This document shows, one piece after another, positions 35,688 through 50,326 of a stretch of 64,000 bases of DNA. Both the position numbers and the translations under genes were made by a program. The stretch spans positions 11,348,001 through 11,412,000 of the forward strand of contig CM075990.1 in NCBI GenBank assembly GCA_038087875.1. Reading direction: 5' to 3'. Source of the DNA: Malacoraja senta. Taxonomy: Eukaryota. The notes below the pieces were generated by a model that ran no database searches, was not told the DNA's origin, and worked only from the letters and a program-made list of their open reading frames with translations. Position 1 is the first letter of the stretch, and each line of letters starts with the position of its first letter.

Positions 35688-36599
35688 TTAATGTCAATTA
35701 ATTTAAGGCAAAGAATTCTTCGTCTTAATGATAAGGTTTTTAACCAGTGATTTAGCCTCTGGATATACACTTACCACATGCCACCCGGTAGCATTGAGAT
35801 GACTGTTTTCTCAATTAAGATTTAACAATGTAATTTAGATAACAGTTTAGAATTGCGCAATTAATTATTTCCCGTTGTTTGTTTTTTATATCCTATTATT
35901 TACTTAAACCTCAATGCTTGTGAAGAGTCAATAGACCTCGGTACACGTGACAATAAACGGAACTAAACTGAACAGTCAAGGTTTTAAATCACGGTCGGCT
36001 CCACAACCAAGATATAGAATCGTGAATTTCCATCCCATGAATGGAGGCAGTGTGCAACATGCAGGAGATTTTTACTGGTGTGTGTGTGTGTGTGGAATGA
36101 TATTCTGTGACTGATGGAGGCCTCATTCAGATAACCTCGGGATTAATTGCTTTTCAAATGTATTTGTAAATGTCATGGCATGTGATGGCAAGTCAGTAAA
36201 GGGTCTGACTGTAGATCTAAATATTTCATTGTGTGGTTCAGTTTCTCATTATGGGACTGTGTGTGGTGCTGCGATGTGATATGCTTCAACATCAGCCTGA
36301 CATTACCACCTTCCTGCCAGACAACAAAATGAAAGTGACAAACGCAATCATATTCTTCCCTGCCACCAATCAACCCAATGTCCACAGTCTCGACACTAAT
36401 CCCTATTAGTACCTGTGAACTGGTTATTTCATTCCATGTAATCAATTTTTTTTTAAATTGCATTTTGCACTTTCTTTGCTTATGTTGACTTCACGGTGTT
36501 ACTCCTGATGCTGTCTTTGTGCCATGTCTGTGCTCAACTATACTGCCTACCCTGGGCAATGGTGCACTGGCCATGTTATGTCCACAACTTCCCAATGTA

Positions 36600-37122
36600 A
36601 TTTCTCTCTTCCTCTCCCTCTCCCTCTCCCCTCCAACTTCTCTCCCTCCTCTCCCTTCCTTCTCCTTCCCCAACTTCCTTTCCTCTCCAATCTCCTCTCC
36701 CTCCCATCACTGCCCCTTTCCACTCTCTCCCTCCCCCTCTCCTCCTCCATCTTCTCTCCCTCCTCTCCTTTACCTCTCCTTCTCCAACTTCCCCTCCCTC
36801 CCTCATCCTCCCATTCTTCCCCCTCCATCCCCCTTCACCGTCTCCCTTTTCTTCCCACTCACCCCTCCTCCATCTTCACTCACTCACCCCTCGTCCTCTC
36901 CCTCTCCTGCTCCCTCCCTTGTCCCACCTTTACCACTCTCTCCTCCTTCCCTCTCCCCTTCTCAGTCCCCGCCTTCTCATTTGCCATCTCCCTCACCCTT
37001 TGCCTTCACCTATCCCTCTCCTTCACTGTCTACCTTTCCCTTTCCTTCTCTCCTTTTCCCTCTCCCTCTTCCCCTTCTGCTCCCTTCTCATCTCTTCCTC
37101 TCTCCCTCTCATCCCCATCCCC
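36600..37122. repeat. ~520-bp polypyrimidine/polypurine low-complexity tract
   Basis: Almost exclusively C/T on the plus strand; explains the Pro/Ser/Leu-rich ORFs. Confidence 0.95.
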
Positions 37123-40100
37123 AGGTTCCGTTACATGCCTCCAATTACCAGTTACTATTTAAATAATCATTTGCTTCTCAGCAAAATAAATATCTATCCA
37201 TGTAAAACAGTGCGTGCCATGTATTTCTCCACTCACCCAATCTGTCGAAATACCCATGAATCCCTTTTGCATCCTTCTCGCATCTCATGAACCCACCCAG
37301 TTTTCTGTCTTTGGCAAACTTGGAAATACCTTGTCCGCTTGTCTAAATGATTGACCTATATTGTAAATGGCTGGGCCCAGGAAACACTGATCTTTCGAGT
37401 AGCCCACGTCATTGCCTGAAACCCTGAGAAAGACCCATTTATTTATCCTCCATGTTTCCTTACTAACAACTAATTATCGACCCCTGCCAGTGTGCCATCC
37501 CAACCCATGGGCTTTGATGCTGCACACTGACACTCATGTGAGACTTCATCAAAGATCTTCTAACAATCTAAACACACCCCTCTCATTGTGAGACTCATTG
37601 TGTGTCCTTTATTTATTTTATCCTAAAAAAATCCATACTGTTTTTTCAAATAGGAATTGCCTTTCATAAATTCATCTAATTCCATATTTTCTCCATGTCA
37701 TATTATCACTTTCTTTGTACTGGGCCCTGGTATTTATCCTGCTACAGATGTTAGGCTAAATAGTCTTTATTTCTCTATGTGTCTCTCCATTCTTCTGGAG
37801 TTACCTTTCGCATTCTTCAATCTGCAGGAACCCAACCCTAATACACGTAATCTTGGAAGTTCATCACCAGTACATTCACTACTTCAATGACTACCCACTT
37901 CAGTACTTTGGGTTGCAGATTACCAAACCTTCAAGATTGATTGTCTTTCAGTCCCATTAATTTCTCCAGCGCCATTTTTTTTACACCAAAACTAATTTCC
38001 TTTTTCATTTAATGAGTCTAATGAAAAGTAGGCATTAAAGGAAATTTGCATTTGTCCATGGTGTTTCTCAAAAGTTAGTTGACTCCTTTTCTGTGAAGGT
38101 AGAACCAAAGAAGTTGCTTAATTGCTCTGCTATGGTAAATTCTCTTGTTCTTGGATGTAAGGGACCTTAATTTGGCTTCACTGATATATTTTTTCTTTTT
38201 ACAGCTCCCAGAGTCTGTTTTTACGTAGCTTCCAAGGTAACTTTAGTGCCCTATTTTTCCTTTCTCAGTCGATCTCCAGTTGAATTATGCCAGAAAGGAA
38301 TGTATAGCTTCTGCAGCCATTAACCTTAACCCTAAAGCTGCCTACAAGCCAACACCTAAGCTCTATCTCCAATGAATAGGAAGGACCTGCAGATGCCGGT
38401 TTACCATAGACACAAAATACTGCAGTAACTCAGCAGGACAGGCAGCATGCCTGGAGAGAAGGAATGGTGATATTTTGGGTCGAGACCCTTCTTCAGACCT
38501 GTCCCCTGACTCTCAGTCCGAAGAAAGGTCTTGATGCAAAACATCACCCATTCCTTCTCTACAGAGATGCTCCCTGTCTCGCTGAGTTACTCCAGCATAT
38601 TGTCTCTATTTCCAATGTTAGGCATTTCCTATCAATCATCATGTATCTGAATGAAGTTCCCAATCTATTAATGGCAACTCTTTTGTTGATATCTGTTTTA
38701 TACAGTTTGAGCATTACCCTCTGGATTTTATATTTTACCTCTTGCAACAAAGGAAAATGTTCCCAATTGTTCTCTTAACCACCTTATCTATTTGTCCCTC
38801 CACTTTCATTGTTCATTCCTCTGATCCTTTGCATTCTCACTTTTCATTAGACTCAGTTCCCCCCCCCCGACTTCGTGCTTTCCTGGATTGAGTTTGATTT
38901 GTTAATGTTCTGCCTGCCTTACTGGACCAGGTTTCAATGGTAACATTGAATGTTGGATCATAAGGTCATAAGTGATAGGAGCAGAATTAGGCCACTTGGC
39001 CCATCAATTTTACTCCACCCTTCAATCATGGCTGATCTATCTCTCCTTCCCAACCCCATTCTCCTGCCTTCTCCCCATATCCCCTGACACCCGCACTGCA
39101 ACAGTTCTTGAGTCATCCTTCTGAAGTTTTGCACATAGTAATCTTACTGATATTAATTTTAATTTGATTTTGCATATGTTTAGGCAATTTATCGGTGTAG
39201 TCTTCATAACCTTTCATCTGCAAAACAGGCTCTCATCCACCTCATTTTTAAGATAAATTAAAGTTCAATTTAAACAATTTGAAGCTAATGCCACATAAAG
39301 GACTTCAAAATTATTAGATGGAGTTTACGTCAACAATTGTCACCTGTGGTGTATGAGAACATAGGGCAGGAATGTAATTTAACTCTGATTGCTCCATTAG
39401 TTGACGTATTGGAACAGAGCCCACCAGCTCAAATATTAAATAGTTCAAACATAACTGTTATGTAGCAGTTGCAAAATGGCTTCTTCATTATGACGAACCA
39501 GCAACTCACCTTGATTGAAAGATACAGCATGGAAGCTGGACTTTCGGCCCATCAAGTTCATATTGACCATCGCTCAACCGCTCATACTAGTATTTATGAA
39601 CCATTGTACATTTCCTTGATCATCGTCTGCTTTGATCTGTCCTTTCCACGCCTTACAAGCTTGTTGTACTCTTCCATATCTCTAGCTTCCCTCTCCCCTG
39701 ACTCTCAGTCTGAAGTAGGGTCCCGACCCGAAATGTCACCCATTCCTTCTCTCCAGAGATGCTGCCTGTTACTCCAGCATTTAGTGTCTATCTTTGTACA
39801 TACTGGTTCTATGCTTCCAGTTCCCTACACACCAGAGACAATTTACAGAGGGCAATTAACCTACAAACCTGCACGTCTTTAGGATGTGGGATGAAACCTG
39901 AGCACCCAAAGGAAACCCACGCGGTCACAGGGAGAACGTGCAAACTCCATACGGGCAGCACCTTTGGTCAGGATTGGGTCTCTACTGCTGTGAGATAGCA
40001 GGTCTATTGGCCATGCCACCGTGATAGTCATCAACAGTGTGGAACATGGTATAAGCACAATACGAAGCTTGCGAAGTTTTAGCAAGAAAATAAGTCATGA

Positions 40101-40620
40101 CTTAATTATAAAGAGCTCCATGAGCAGCCAGGGGAAGCATAACAATGCCTTGTCGAGGAAAGTGTTGTGAATTTTCAATTGTTGACCTCGTGGGTCGATC
40201 ATTGAGTCTATGTCAGCTCCTAGAGCAATTCCATTCTCCAATATTTTTCTCTAACTTAGAGCCAACACGAACTGCAGATGCTGGAATATTGAGTAAAACA
40301 CCAAGTGCCGCAGTAACTCAAGGAGGTAAGGCAGCATTGTGAAGGGAATGGATGGGTGACGATTTGAGCCCCAACCCCAAAAAGTCAACTGTTCATTCCC
40401 TCCACAGCTGCCTGACTTGCTGAGATTCTCCAGCACTTTGCATTTTTCTCTGACATTCTCCCGACATTCCCAACAATTTCCCCCAGATTGCACCGCTCAC
40501 ATGCACATTCGGGGAAATTTACAATAACAAAGTAACCGACCAAACCACATCTCCTTTGGATGTGAGAGGAACACAGAAAATGTGGGCAGGAGAAGGTGAC
40601 TGAGCTAAGGGGTGAATTTG

Positions 40621-40928
40621 GGGCAACATGGTGGCACAGCGGTAGAGTTGCTGCCCAACAGCGCCAGAGACTCGGGTTCGATCCTAACTACGGGTGCTGT
40701 TTGCATGGAGTTTGTACGTTCTCCCCATGACCTCCATGGGTTTTCTCCAAGATCTTAGGTTTCCTCCCACACTCCAAAAATGGACAGGCTTGTAGGTTAA
40801 TTGGTTTGGTAAAATAGTGAATTCCCCCTAGTGTGGGTAGGATAATAATAGTGTTTGGGGATCGTTGGTTGGCGCAGACTCGGTGGGCCGAAGGGCCTGT
40901 TTCCGCACTGTATCTAAACCAAACTAAA
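40621..40928 (+). mobile_element. Full-length HE1-like SINE
   Basis: Box A TGGCACAGCGG, box B GGTTCGATCC, TAAAC-type tail. Confidence 0.9.
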
Positions 40929-41358
40929 TGAAGCAATCTAAACCAGAGGGTGAGTATGCTTTTGTCTCTTTACTTTGCTGTGGCTTTGTCACCCTGTCCT
41001 TCCTGCATACTCTGTGAGTTATCCACCATAAAGTTTCCAACCTTGCAGTTGAATTGAGAGCAGAGCCTCCCGTATAAATCACTGTGCTAGTGTCACCTGT
41101 TATTTCTTGTTAAACACATGCTTACAGCAAGTTCTTGATTTCTTCTTCAACTTGAAAATGACAAGGCACTAAATATAGAGACTGATCAGCACATCACCAC
41201 TGTAGAGGTCCACGCGTTGTGTAAACACTCTGTTTAATAATTAACCAATACAGCCCCGTCGCTCACGCGTGCATCAAGTTAATATTTTACTACTACTGTG
41301 CCGTCGCTCGTGAGCACACCCGAGTTCCACTCCAACCTCCAATCCTTCCAATTCCAAC

Positions 41359-41767
41359 CAAAGATCCTATAGCGGAGCAAGATAGACCACTCCTGCTAAA
41401 TGCAATGGCTGACGTGTAGTACGCAATGGAGCGGAACGTGGGCCTTTTTTTCATCCATTTCAGTAACCCGACCCGACCCGACCCGACCCGACTCGCAGTG
41501 TAATCAATGTTGTGGGGGAACAGTTTGTGTTAATAAATTATAATTCTGAAAATGAGGAGAAGATTTTTACCAAAGAACTTTGAATTTTACGAGGATGTTT
41601 CCGTAACCGGTATCCGTAACTAGTATCTTTGCTCCGCTATGCGATCTTTGGTGCGGAGACGGAAGCCGGTTACGGAAATGGGGCCGAAAATTATCCACGA
41701 ATCTGCCCATGACCGTACTACTTTTTTTTTCGTCGAGTGGACTATCTTGCTTGCTATAGGATCTTTG
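41359..41767. mobile_element. Non-autonomous DNA transposon with CAAAG termini and 8-bp TSD (P-element-like, alternatively hAT)
   Basis: TIR CAAAGATCCTATAGC..AGCAAGATAG.CCACTC (~33 bp) at both ends; TSD ATTCCAAC at 41351-41358 and 41768-41775. Confidence 0.85.
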
Positions 41768-43329
41768 ATTCCAACCGCCTAACGCCCCCCTCCCCGACCA
41801 CGTGATTGGTCGGCCCAGATCACGCCTGATCCACGCGAGATTTCGAGCCCGACCAACGACGGTTCGATACCAAAATGGCTCAGGCCTACACAACCTATCC
41901 ATTCCCTCCACCGCTGCTGCCTGACCCATTGGGTTACTCCAGCATGTTGTGATTTACTCAAGATTCCCGCATCTACAGTTCCCTGTGTCTCCAAGTTACA
42001 GAGAAGAATAGTGGGGAATGGGATTGCCCTTTGAGCCGGCATGGACTCAAAATCTCTCTTGGCCTCTCCTTCCTTCACAGGGATGGGGTAGAGCAGTTGA
42101 ATAATATTGCGAGGCACTATTTTAGTTCTGAAAGGCCGCAGTGATTTAGGTGTGCAATTTTGCTTTATTATGAATTATTGCAAGCAATATCATGCACAAA
42201 AAAATGCCCTGTTAGACTGCCATATAACATTACCGTTCTGTTGGAGGCACAGCGCAGTCCCCGACTACTGCAGAGGAATGGTACAAGTGGAATTGACAGA
42301 AGACAGATGGCTACAAGCTCCAGTGAAGATCAGGTTAAGCTGACTGCCCATTTATATAGTCTGATTCTTCACTCTCTGCAGATTCGGAAATCCTCAGAGG
42401 ACAACATAACATTGCTCGTATTTTGTTTCAACCGCCGAGCAGATATTAGCTTGGGCGATGATTAAAGTGGGCTATAGGCAGTGGAGCTGAGGATGTAATG
42501 ATTTCCATTACACCTTATGTCCTTTCTAACCACTTGGTAATTTAACTATGTCGGACTTTGCCAGGTGAAATGATTAATAATCCGCTAGGATGGATAGAAT
42601 TGACAAGGCTTTTCTGATGAGATGGAAGAAGGTGATGGTCAAACTGCTGAAGGCAAAGGATATAATGTGAAAATCATTCACAGGCGTGGAGATAATTTTC
42701 GTATTAATTTTGTAGCGAAGAAGAATATTAATATGCAAATTACCCCAATGTCATTAGCTTAAGGAAATTCGGTGTGACCTTGAGTTCTGTGGGTTGTAAA
42801 CAATATGTTATTCAAGCCACCATGTCAAGCTGTGAATAAATAATACAATAATCAAAACAGGCATCAGAAATATTTGAATAGAACTATCTGCCTGCAGGGC
42901 CACTTGGTTTCAAATAAGCAAAAATCTCTATTATGATGAAGAACAAATCCTGCCATAGCATCACCAACTATAAAATCGACACAAGTATTAATTCCATCAG
43001 AAAATGAATGAAATTGCAACATTGAATGGGTAAAATACTTGTTTTAAAAGACCAAAAATCTCTTCTTATACAAGCAATTTTATTTAGGGACTGGAAGCCA
43101 CATTCTAAATGGACAAAAACAAAAGAAGAAATAAGTAGGACCACACTAAATGCAGTAAAAATGACGATAACTTGTTTGTATGTTGTGCCTTTAATATTGT
43201 AAAATGTTCCAATGCTTCACAGAGGCATTATTGAACTAAATTGACTTCAGCTACATAACAAGAAGCGCAGGCATGAACACAAATCGTGGTCAGAAAACTA
43301 GGTTTTAATGTGTTTCTGAAAAGAAAGAG

Positions 43330-43608
43330 TAGAGTTGCTGCCTTATTGCATCAGAGACCCGGTTCAATCCCTACTACAGGTGCCGTCTGTACGGAGTTTG
43401 TACGTTCGCCCCGTGACCTGCGTTAGTTTTCATCCCACACTCCAAAGACATACAGGTTTGTAGTTTATTGGCATTTTGAATTGTCCCTAGTGTGTATAGA
43501 TACTGTTAATATGTGGGGATCGCTGATCAGCAGCGGACTCGGTGGGCTAAAGGACTTGTTTCTGCACAGAATCTCTAAACTAAACTAAACTAAACTAAAC
43601 TAAACTAA
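43330..43608 (+). mobile_element. HE1-like SINE
   Basis: Family body plus (TAAAC)6 tail. Confidence 0.85.
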
Positions 43609-46368
43609 GAAAACGAAGGAAGTTTAGAGGGAGGTTTCGGGCTAGGACCCTTCACAGCTATACATACATCGGTCAGTGCTAAGCAAGGGGTACAGTGTTG
43701 GAGAAACACAGTGATCCTGGATAGTTGAAGGGCTGGAGAAGTAACAGAGATGGATAAAGATGTTGAGGTAAGTATGAGGATGAAGATTAAAAAGACTGGA
43801 GGCTTACAGAGTCACGTCTGAAGAAAGGTCTTGACTCGAAACGTCACCCATTACTACTATTCAGAGATGCTGCCTGTCAGGCTGAGTTACTCCAGCATTT
43901 CGGGCCTAACCTCCATGAAATAATACCTCACAGAAAAGGCCCTTCGCTCCATCAAGTCCGTGTATCCATCGAACCGCCACACAGCAACCCTACACTAATA
44001 TATTTGTATTCCTCCAGCATTCACATCAAGTTTTCCCAAATGCACTAGAAGCAATTTACAGTGACTAATTAACCACTCATCCCCAATCCACATGTCTTTG
44101 AGTCGTGGGTTGGAAAGCGGAGTACTTGGAGGAAACTTGCATGGTCACAGAGAGAATGTACAAATTTGTTTCAGGCAGCAAGTCTTAGAATTAAGATTTG
44201 TTAGACGGAGAGGGGGTGTAGATCAGCGAACATGAGGAATGACATCTGACCTCCCTTGCTGTTGCCCAGTCAGTGTTTTTCTTTTCATTTGGAGCCTAAT
44301 GGGCCAAGTAAGAATCGAGAATCTGCTCTGCAGGCCATTAGTGATCCTGGTGAGTTCTACAGCAATAATGGTCACAATAATTGTCACCCCGTTACTGAGA
44401 CTAGCTGTTCATGTTTTTTTTAAATATTCCTGATTATTAATTCAATTTCCAATTCCACATCTGCCATAATGGAATTTGAAATCAGATTAAAATTCTGCTT
44501 AATTTATGATTTACTAGAGCTGGTATGTCCCATTTACGTAATGCTCATAAAAATATTTGTTTCTCTCTTTTTCCTCTTTCTCTTTCTTTCTTTCCTAGGG
44601 TCTATTTCTTAACTCTTTTTCTTTTGTTTTTAATTTTGCTCTTATAGGGTCTTCGTCCTTTTTTGTTGTCACATTTCCTACACTTTCACTTTTTCCTTCA
44701 CTTTCTTCTTTCTTTCAATCTTTTCCTTTTCTAGTGTAAAAAATAAATGGAGTACATTAATTGTAAGAAGATATAAATGACAAGTACTAATGTATGTGGT
44801 TGTAATGTAATGTACTTCTAATAAAATACAAATTAAAAAAAAAAATAAAAAAAAATTATGATTTACTGAGATGTGCTGTGGTGTAATTTTCGGTGGATAC
44901 ACAGTAGATTAAGGGATATCGAAGATCTTTACAATTCTGAAAATCTTGCCAATTCAAATCTACCAAGAGAAAGGTATTTTTTTTTTAGAAGGATTTAATG
45001 GCTATTTTCTAAATGCGGTCTGAAAAATATTGGAATTTCTAAAGAATTGATGGAACATTGGCTGCCTGAAAATGTAACTGACATTTAGTCAGCTAAGCTC
45101 GCTGGCTGAACATTTACATTGAGGTAAGTAGTGTTTTCTTTCACCTTGAAGCTAAAGTGTTGTCTTTCTTGATTCGTTTTAATTGAGAAGTCAAATTGGT
45201 TGAGGGTATCATTCAGAAACAAAATCCTTGTTAAATGGTCATGCTTGATGGATTAAGAACTCAAGCCTTCTTGCAAGTAAATGTCACGGCCAATGTCTTC
45301 ATGATATCTAAAACCTATAGAGGCTCACATAGATTCAAAGACACATTTCTGGCATTGTGGAATTCTGCTTCAATGTCAATGTTGTAAAGTCTAAAGAGGA
45401 TACAGTCTGCACTGTGTAGGGAGATAGGGGTGGACCATACTCATTGCAGTGTTTGTTTCCTAAATTACAGCCCTGATAACTATTTCTTTGGGTGCAAGAA
45501 ATAGTTGGATAACTATTTCTGTTGGCTTGATAGGTACTATTGGAATGCAAGCTTCTTTGTAGATGAACTCACAACATCTAAGTGGAGAAGGCGCATTCAG
45601 GATGGTGTGAGTGAGCACATCATAGTCCACCCATTAGTCCTATTAACCACGTTGGCCCACCTGTGGAAGTGTCTGCAGTTCCCACATTGACCTTGTATGT
45701 CAGCAGAGTGGGTTGCAGGGTGTTTAATAATCCAGCGGATCGTCTAAGAAGAAGCAAACTCATTGGGCAGGTTATGCACAAAGTGTTGTCTTGATTAACA
45801 TACCTCCTCAAGATCACCAAACTAGGAATCATCAAGAGAATCCCCTACTGTGGAAGAAATTAATTTAGAGGGAAATTAAAGGAAAATGAAAAACGGAGAC
45901 TTCGCAGGTTTACTTCAAGAGACTTTATTGCATGATATCATGGAGCGATGGCGGCAGTTAACTGCTCACCAGTTCTCTGACTTCACAGCAGAATTAGCCG
46001 ACAGTTATACTGTGCAGTAAACAACTTTTGTTTTTGTTAGATACAACTATACGAAAATATACTTTGTCCTGTTATTAGTATCTACGACATGGGTACCATT
46101 TATTTCACTAGTCACAACATACTTTTTGTTTTTTTATGCCAATCTTATTCATCTACAGATGGTTAATAAAAGTGAAACATAATACAAGGGCATCTTGACA
46201 TTCTTCTATCTCACCTTTTATGCGGAACACGCCACCATCCCCTCTCCGAGCCAATCATGAACCCGTATTTACTGCAACATTGCTATGCTACTAGTGGTAG
46301 TGGTCTACTGTAACTTCCCACAGAGGAAAACAAGCTTCCTTATCTCTGTCCTATCTTTGTTATGTTTA

Positions 46369-47153
46369 AGGGCCTGTCCCACTTAGGTGACTTTTTAGGC
46401 GAGTGCAGGAGACTCTGCGCTCGTCTCATGATCGCCACATGGTCGCCACATGTTCGCTGGTGGTCTCTGGTGAGTCTCCTTCATGGTCACGAGGAGTTCC
46501 CGCATTCTGGGAACTAGTCACGGCCTCACTATGGTCGCCGCAAATTTTTCAACATGTTGAAAATTATTCTGCGACGAAAATTGGTCGCCATGGAGAAAAT
46601 CGGTAATCCTGTAGTCGTAGGTGCAGTTGTAGTGGGGTCGCCATGTAGTTATTGGCAGTTGAGGTAGTCGTAGGTAGTTTTAGCTAATCGCCTTTGCTGA
46701 CTGGGCATTTTCATTGGCTCATTGGGGGAAAAAAAACGTAAGCACGAGTTTTCAGAACCAAAGATAACCGACCGGTAATATTAAATGTCCGCCGAACTTC
46801 ACAGCTGTGTATCTCTGGCTTATTAAAAGTTGTCTAGCTTCTTAAAAGTGTCTTCACTCCTTCTCCCCCCTTCTCCCCCCTCCTCCCCCCACACCCCTCT
46901 TTTAAAGGACTTACCGTACACTGTGCTAGCCGTCTTAACCTTCCTGTTCATTGCGGTATCACCTTGGCTTTGCACCATGTGAATTTCAGACAGTGCTCCC
47001 CCGCTTTCCCTGGCCCCCGCCTTTACGATGTGTTTATGTGTGTGTGTTCCACTCTGACAGTCGCCGTTCCAGTTCCAGGTTTTTCAGGTAAGCGCCACGA
47101 ACTTGACAGTCGCCTGCAGTCCACTGAAAAATCGCCGAAGAGGGACAGGCCCT
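46369..47153. mobile_element. PIF/Harbinger-like non-autonomous element (~785 bp)
   Basis: TIRs AGGGCCTGTCCC.CTT.GG.GA; TSD TTA at 46366-46368 and 47154-47156. Confidence 0.85.
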
Positions 47154-48319
47154 TTACATTCACCATTCCCAGACAAGAGGTAATGCGTCTAAAGCTTATT
47201 TTGCCCATTCTAACGATCCTCTTCTGCACCTGGTCAATGAGAGATGCCAATTGTCACATCCAAACACCCTTTCATTATCTTGTTCAATTCCAATCAAAAT
47301 TAAGTAAACAAGAATATTAATATTTTCTTCCTCACCTACCAATGGCCTTTCAATGGCCGAGTCTTTTTACTCTGCTGGTCTTTAAACACTTCAGGATCTG
47401 CAACATTGATCTGAAGTGGAATGTCTTTTGAAATTCCAGCAAGCTAACAAATAGGAACCCCCATAAAGCAGGAAGAAACACATTCCGGAGCCATCGGAAG
47501 GCTAGAATGGAATTATTACGTAGGCAGGAACTGCAGATGCTAGCTTAAACTGAAGATGGACACAAAAAGATGGAGTAACTTAGCGGGACATGCAGCATCT
47601 CTGGAGAAAAGGAATAGATGATGTTTCGGGTTGAGAATTATTGTGTTGGATATGGCGATACAATCCAGCAAAAATATTTTGTTTTGCAAAGTGTGTCTGT
47701 TTCACAGAAAGTGTGATATAAATCTGAATAACTCTCCCCCAGAAGGCTGTTGATGCAAAGGATCGAAGTAAATTCCTGAAGCAATTGATGCATTTTTGGG
47801 GTGGAAAGAGGTTTGAAGAGATGGAGAAGCATTGGAAATAAAATGAAGTACAGATCAATGCACTATGGAGATGAGACTGCTTGAAATCTACTTCATTATC
47901 TGTAGTTTTCTGAAACCCCTGCGAAACCTTTGAACCATTCTTGTCCATGGTTCGAACTACAGATTGTATTTGGTCAACAAGCTGTGCTGTGGGTCAGCAA
48001 CCAAGGGGAAATGCGAAGCCACAGAGGTGCATTCACAGAAAACCCCTCAGTTATCCTGAAGCCGGGGTCAAGGAAAGAGCGTTCACGTCACGGCCCTGTT
48101 TCCACCAATCTTTACACCACTACTCACAAGAAGCACAAGGAGTGACAAGACAGACACCATTGTATGCAGATGCCGAGAAGTGCGTTCAGCTCTGGCTGAA
48201 CAACTTCTAATCCTGTGTGTGGATTCGATAAGAAGAAGATCCTGAGCCGATATCTAAAGCAAAAATAAAATTGAGGAGGAAATGATCAAAGATACAAACT
48301 ACCACATTGCCTTCACATG

Positions 48320-48880
48320 TTCACGTTCACAAGTTATAGAAGTAGAATTAGGCCATTCGGCCCATCGAGTCCACTCCACCATTCAATCATGGCTGATCTC
48401 TGCCTCCTAATCCCGTTTTCCTGCCTTCCCCCCCCATAACCCTTGACCCCCTTTCTAATCTAGAATTTGTCTATCTCTGCTGACCCACTCATTCCTGGAA
48501 TCATTCTTGTAAACCTTCTCTGGACCCTCTCCAGAGCCAGCACAGCCTTCCTTAGATATGGGGCCCAAATTTGCTCACACTAATACAGCCCGACCACCAA
48601 GATGTAATGCACCAGATGTAATGCTGAGCCTTATAGAGCCTCAGCATTACATCTCTGTTTTTGTATTCCAGTCCTCTTGATATAAATGCTAGCATTGAAT
48701 TTGTTACTTACTACCGATTCAACTTGCAAATTAACTTTTTACAAGTCCTGCACCAGCACTCCCAAGTCCCTTTGCACCCCCGATTTCCGGATTCTCTCTC
48801 CATTTAGAAAATAAATTCCGCCTTTATTCTTATTACCAAAATGCATGACTCTGCACTTTCCTACACTGAACTTCATCTGC
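48320..48880 (-). mobile_element. CR1 fragments (3' end plus RT C-terminal piece)
   Basis: QMKFSVGKCRVMHFGNKNK..VQRDLGVLV. Confidence 0.8.
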
Positions 48881-50326
48881 CTTAAAATTGACCTTGTAGC
48901 AGAAGGCAAATCAACTCCCTGTTTACTTCTCAAGATTTGATGGTTCCGATTCATTGGAAAATAGTTGCAGAGTTATGAGGGAAATGAGATTGAGATAGAC
49001 CAGGCCAGTTTGACTTCATAGAACAGTTCAACCCACAATGTCTGTGCCTAACATGATGCCAAGGCCAACTCTTATGTGCCTGCACATAATCGATATCCCT
49101 CCAATTCCTGCACATCAAGCTATCCAAAAGGGCATACAGCTTGTTCTAGTGCTGTAATAATCCAGAGATTCGGAAGTGCTTTGGAACATGCAGAGATATT
49201 TTTTCTCGAAAGTGGGAAAAAAACACAGAAATAAAATAAAACACAAATTAGAAATGCCTGTGGCAAACACACCAGCCTATATTTTCTGCTATTGCCCATT
49301 GGACAGATTGACAATCAATATTCCTCGTGACAGAGATACATTGAAACTCTTACTAGACAAGATCCAGGGGAATAGTCCTTAAAAATAGACCGATGTTACA
49401 AACAGATTGACCAGCAATTTTCATGTTGTACAGTTTTTTTTCCGGCCGGCTCCGTAGTCTTTTGTTCTGAACTTCCAGTGGAAATCAAGCCTAGTGCAAT
49501 TATATTTTTAGCAATGGAAAGGTACATTTCATCTCTTAAAGCTGCATTAAATTTCAGGCTGAGCTGCTTGAAGGATGCTGTCGACAATCATTCCAGCCTG
49601 CTTTTAAAAGAGATCCAGAAAAGACTGAGAGGTCTACACTAACAGAGAAAAACTTACATTCATGTAGCGCTTTTCACATCCTCACAGCATTGTAGAATGG
49701 TTTATCGTTGCTGCTGAATATAATTACACGCCTGCCCAAACCAATTTGCCATTGTTTGGCCTAAACCTAGACGTATCTGCAGTTTCCACGTCTAGTTTAG
49801 CTTAGTTTAGTATATTATCCCTTGTACCGAGGTACAGCGAAAAGCATTTTTGTTGTGTGTTGTCCAGTCAGTGGAAAGGCTATACATGATTACAATCAAA
49901 CTGCCCACAGTGTACAGATACAGGATAAAGGGAATAACATTTAGTGCAAGATAAAGTTCGATTAAAGTTAGTCCGTGGGTCTGCAATGAGGTAGATGGCA
50001 GGTCAGGACCACTCTCTAGTGGTGACAGGATGGTTTAGTTGCCATATTGGTTTCATGAGCCAAACCCAAAGAGGAGGAGGAGGAGAAGAAGGAGGAGGAA
50101 AAGAAGAAGAAGATTAAATTTAGTGAAGGTGTATTTTCAAGGTGCATGGCTGGCAAATTGTGCAGGAGATATTCCAATGACACCAATTAATCGATGGTCT
50201 ATTTTTGTGATGTTGATCCAAAGTGCAATTAGAAATAAAAGCCAACAATGCCCTAAAACTCTGCTATAAGAAAGCCGGGAACTCATGTATAATGAGGACT
50301 GTACCGCCCACTCCCCTGATATCAGT

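Noticed and set aside
36519..37290. Pro/Ser/Leu-rich ORFs over 200 aa
   Set aside because: A pyrimidine tract lacks stop codons; low complexity.
44989..45123. Plus-strand exon ending GAG|GTAAGT
   Set aside because: Stops in all three frames and no other support.
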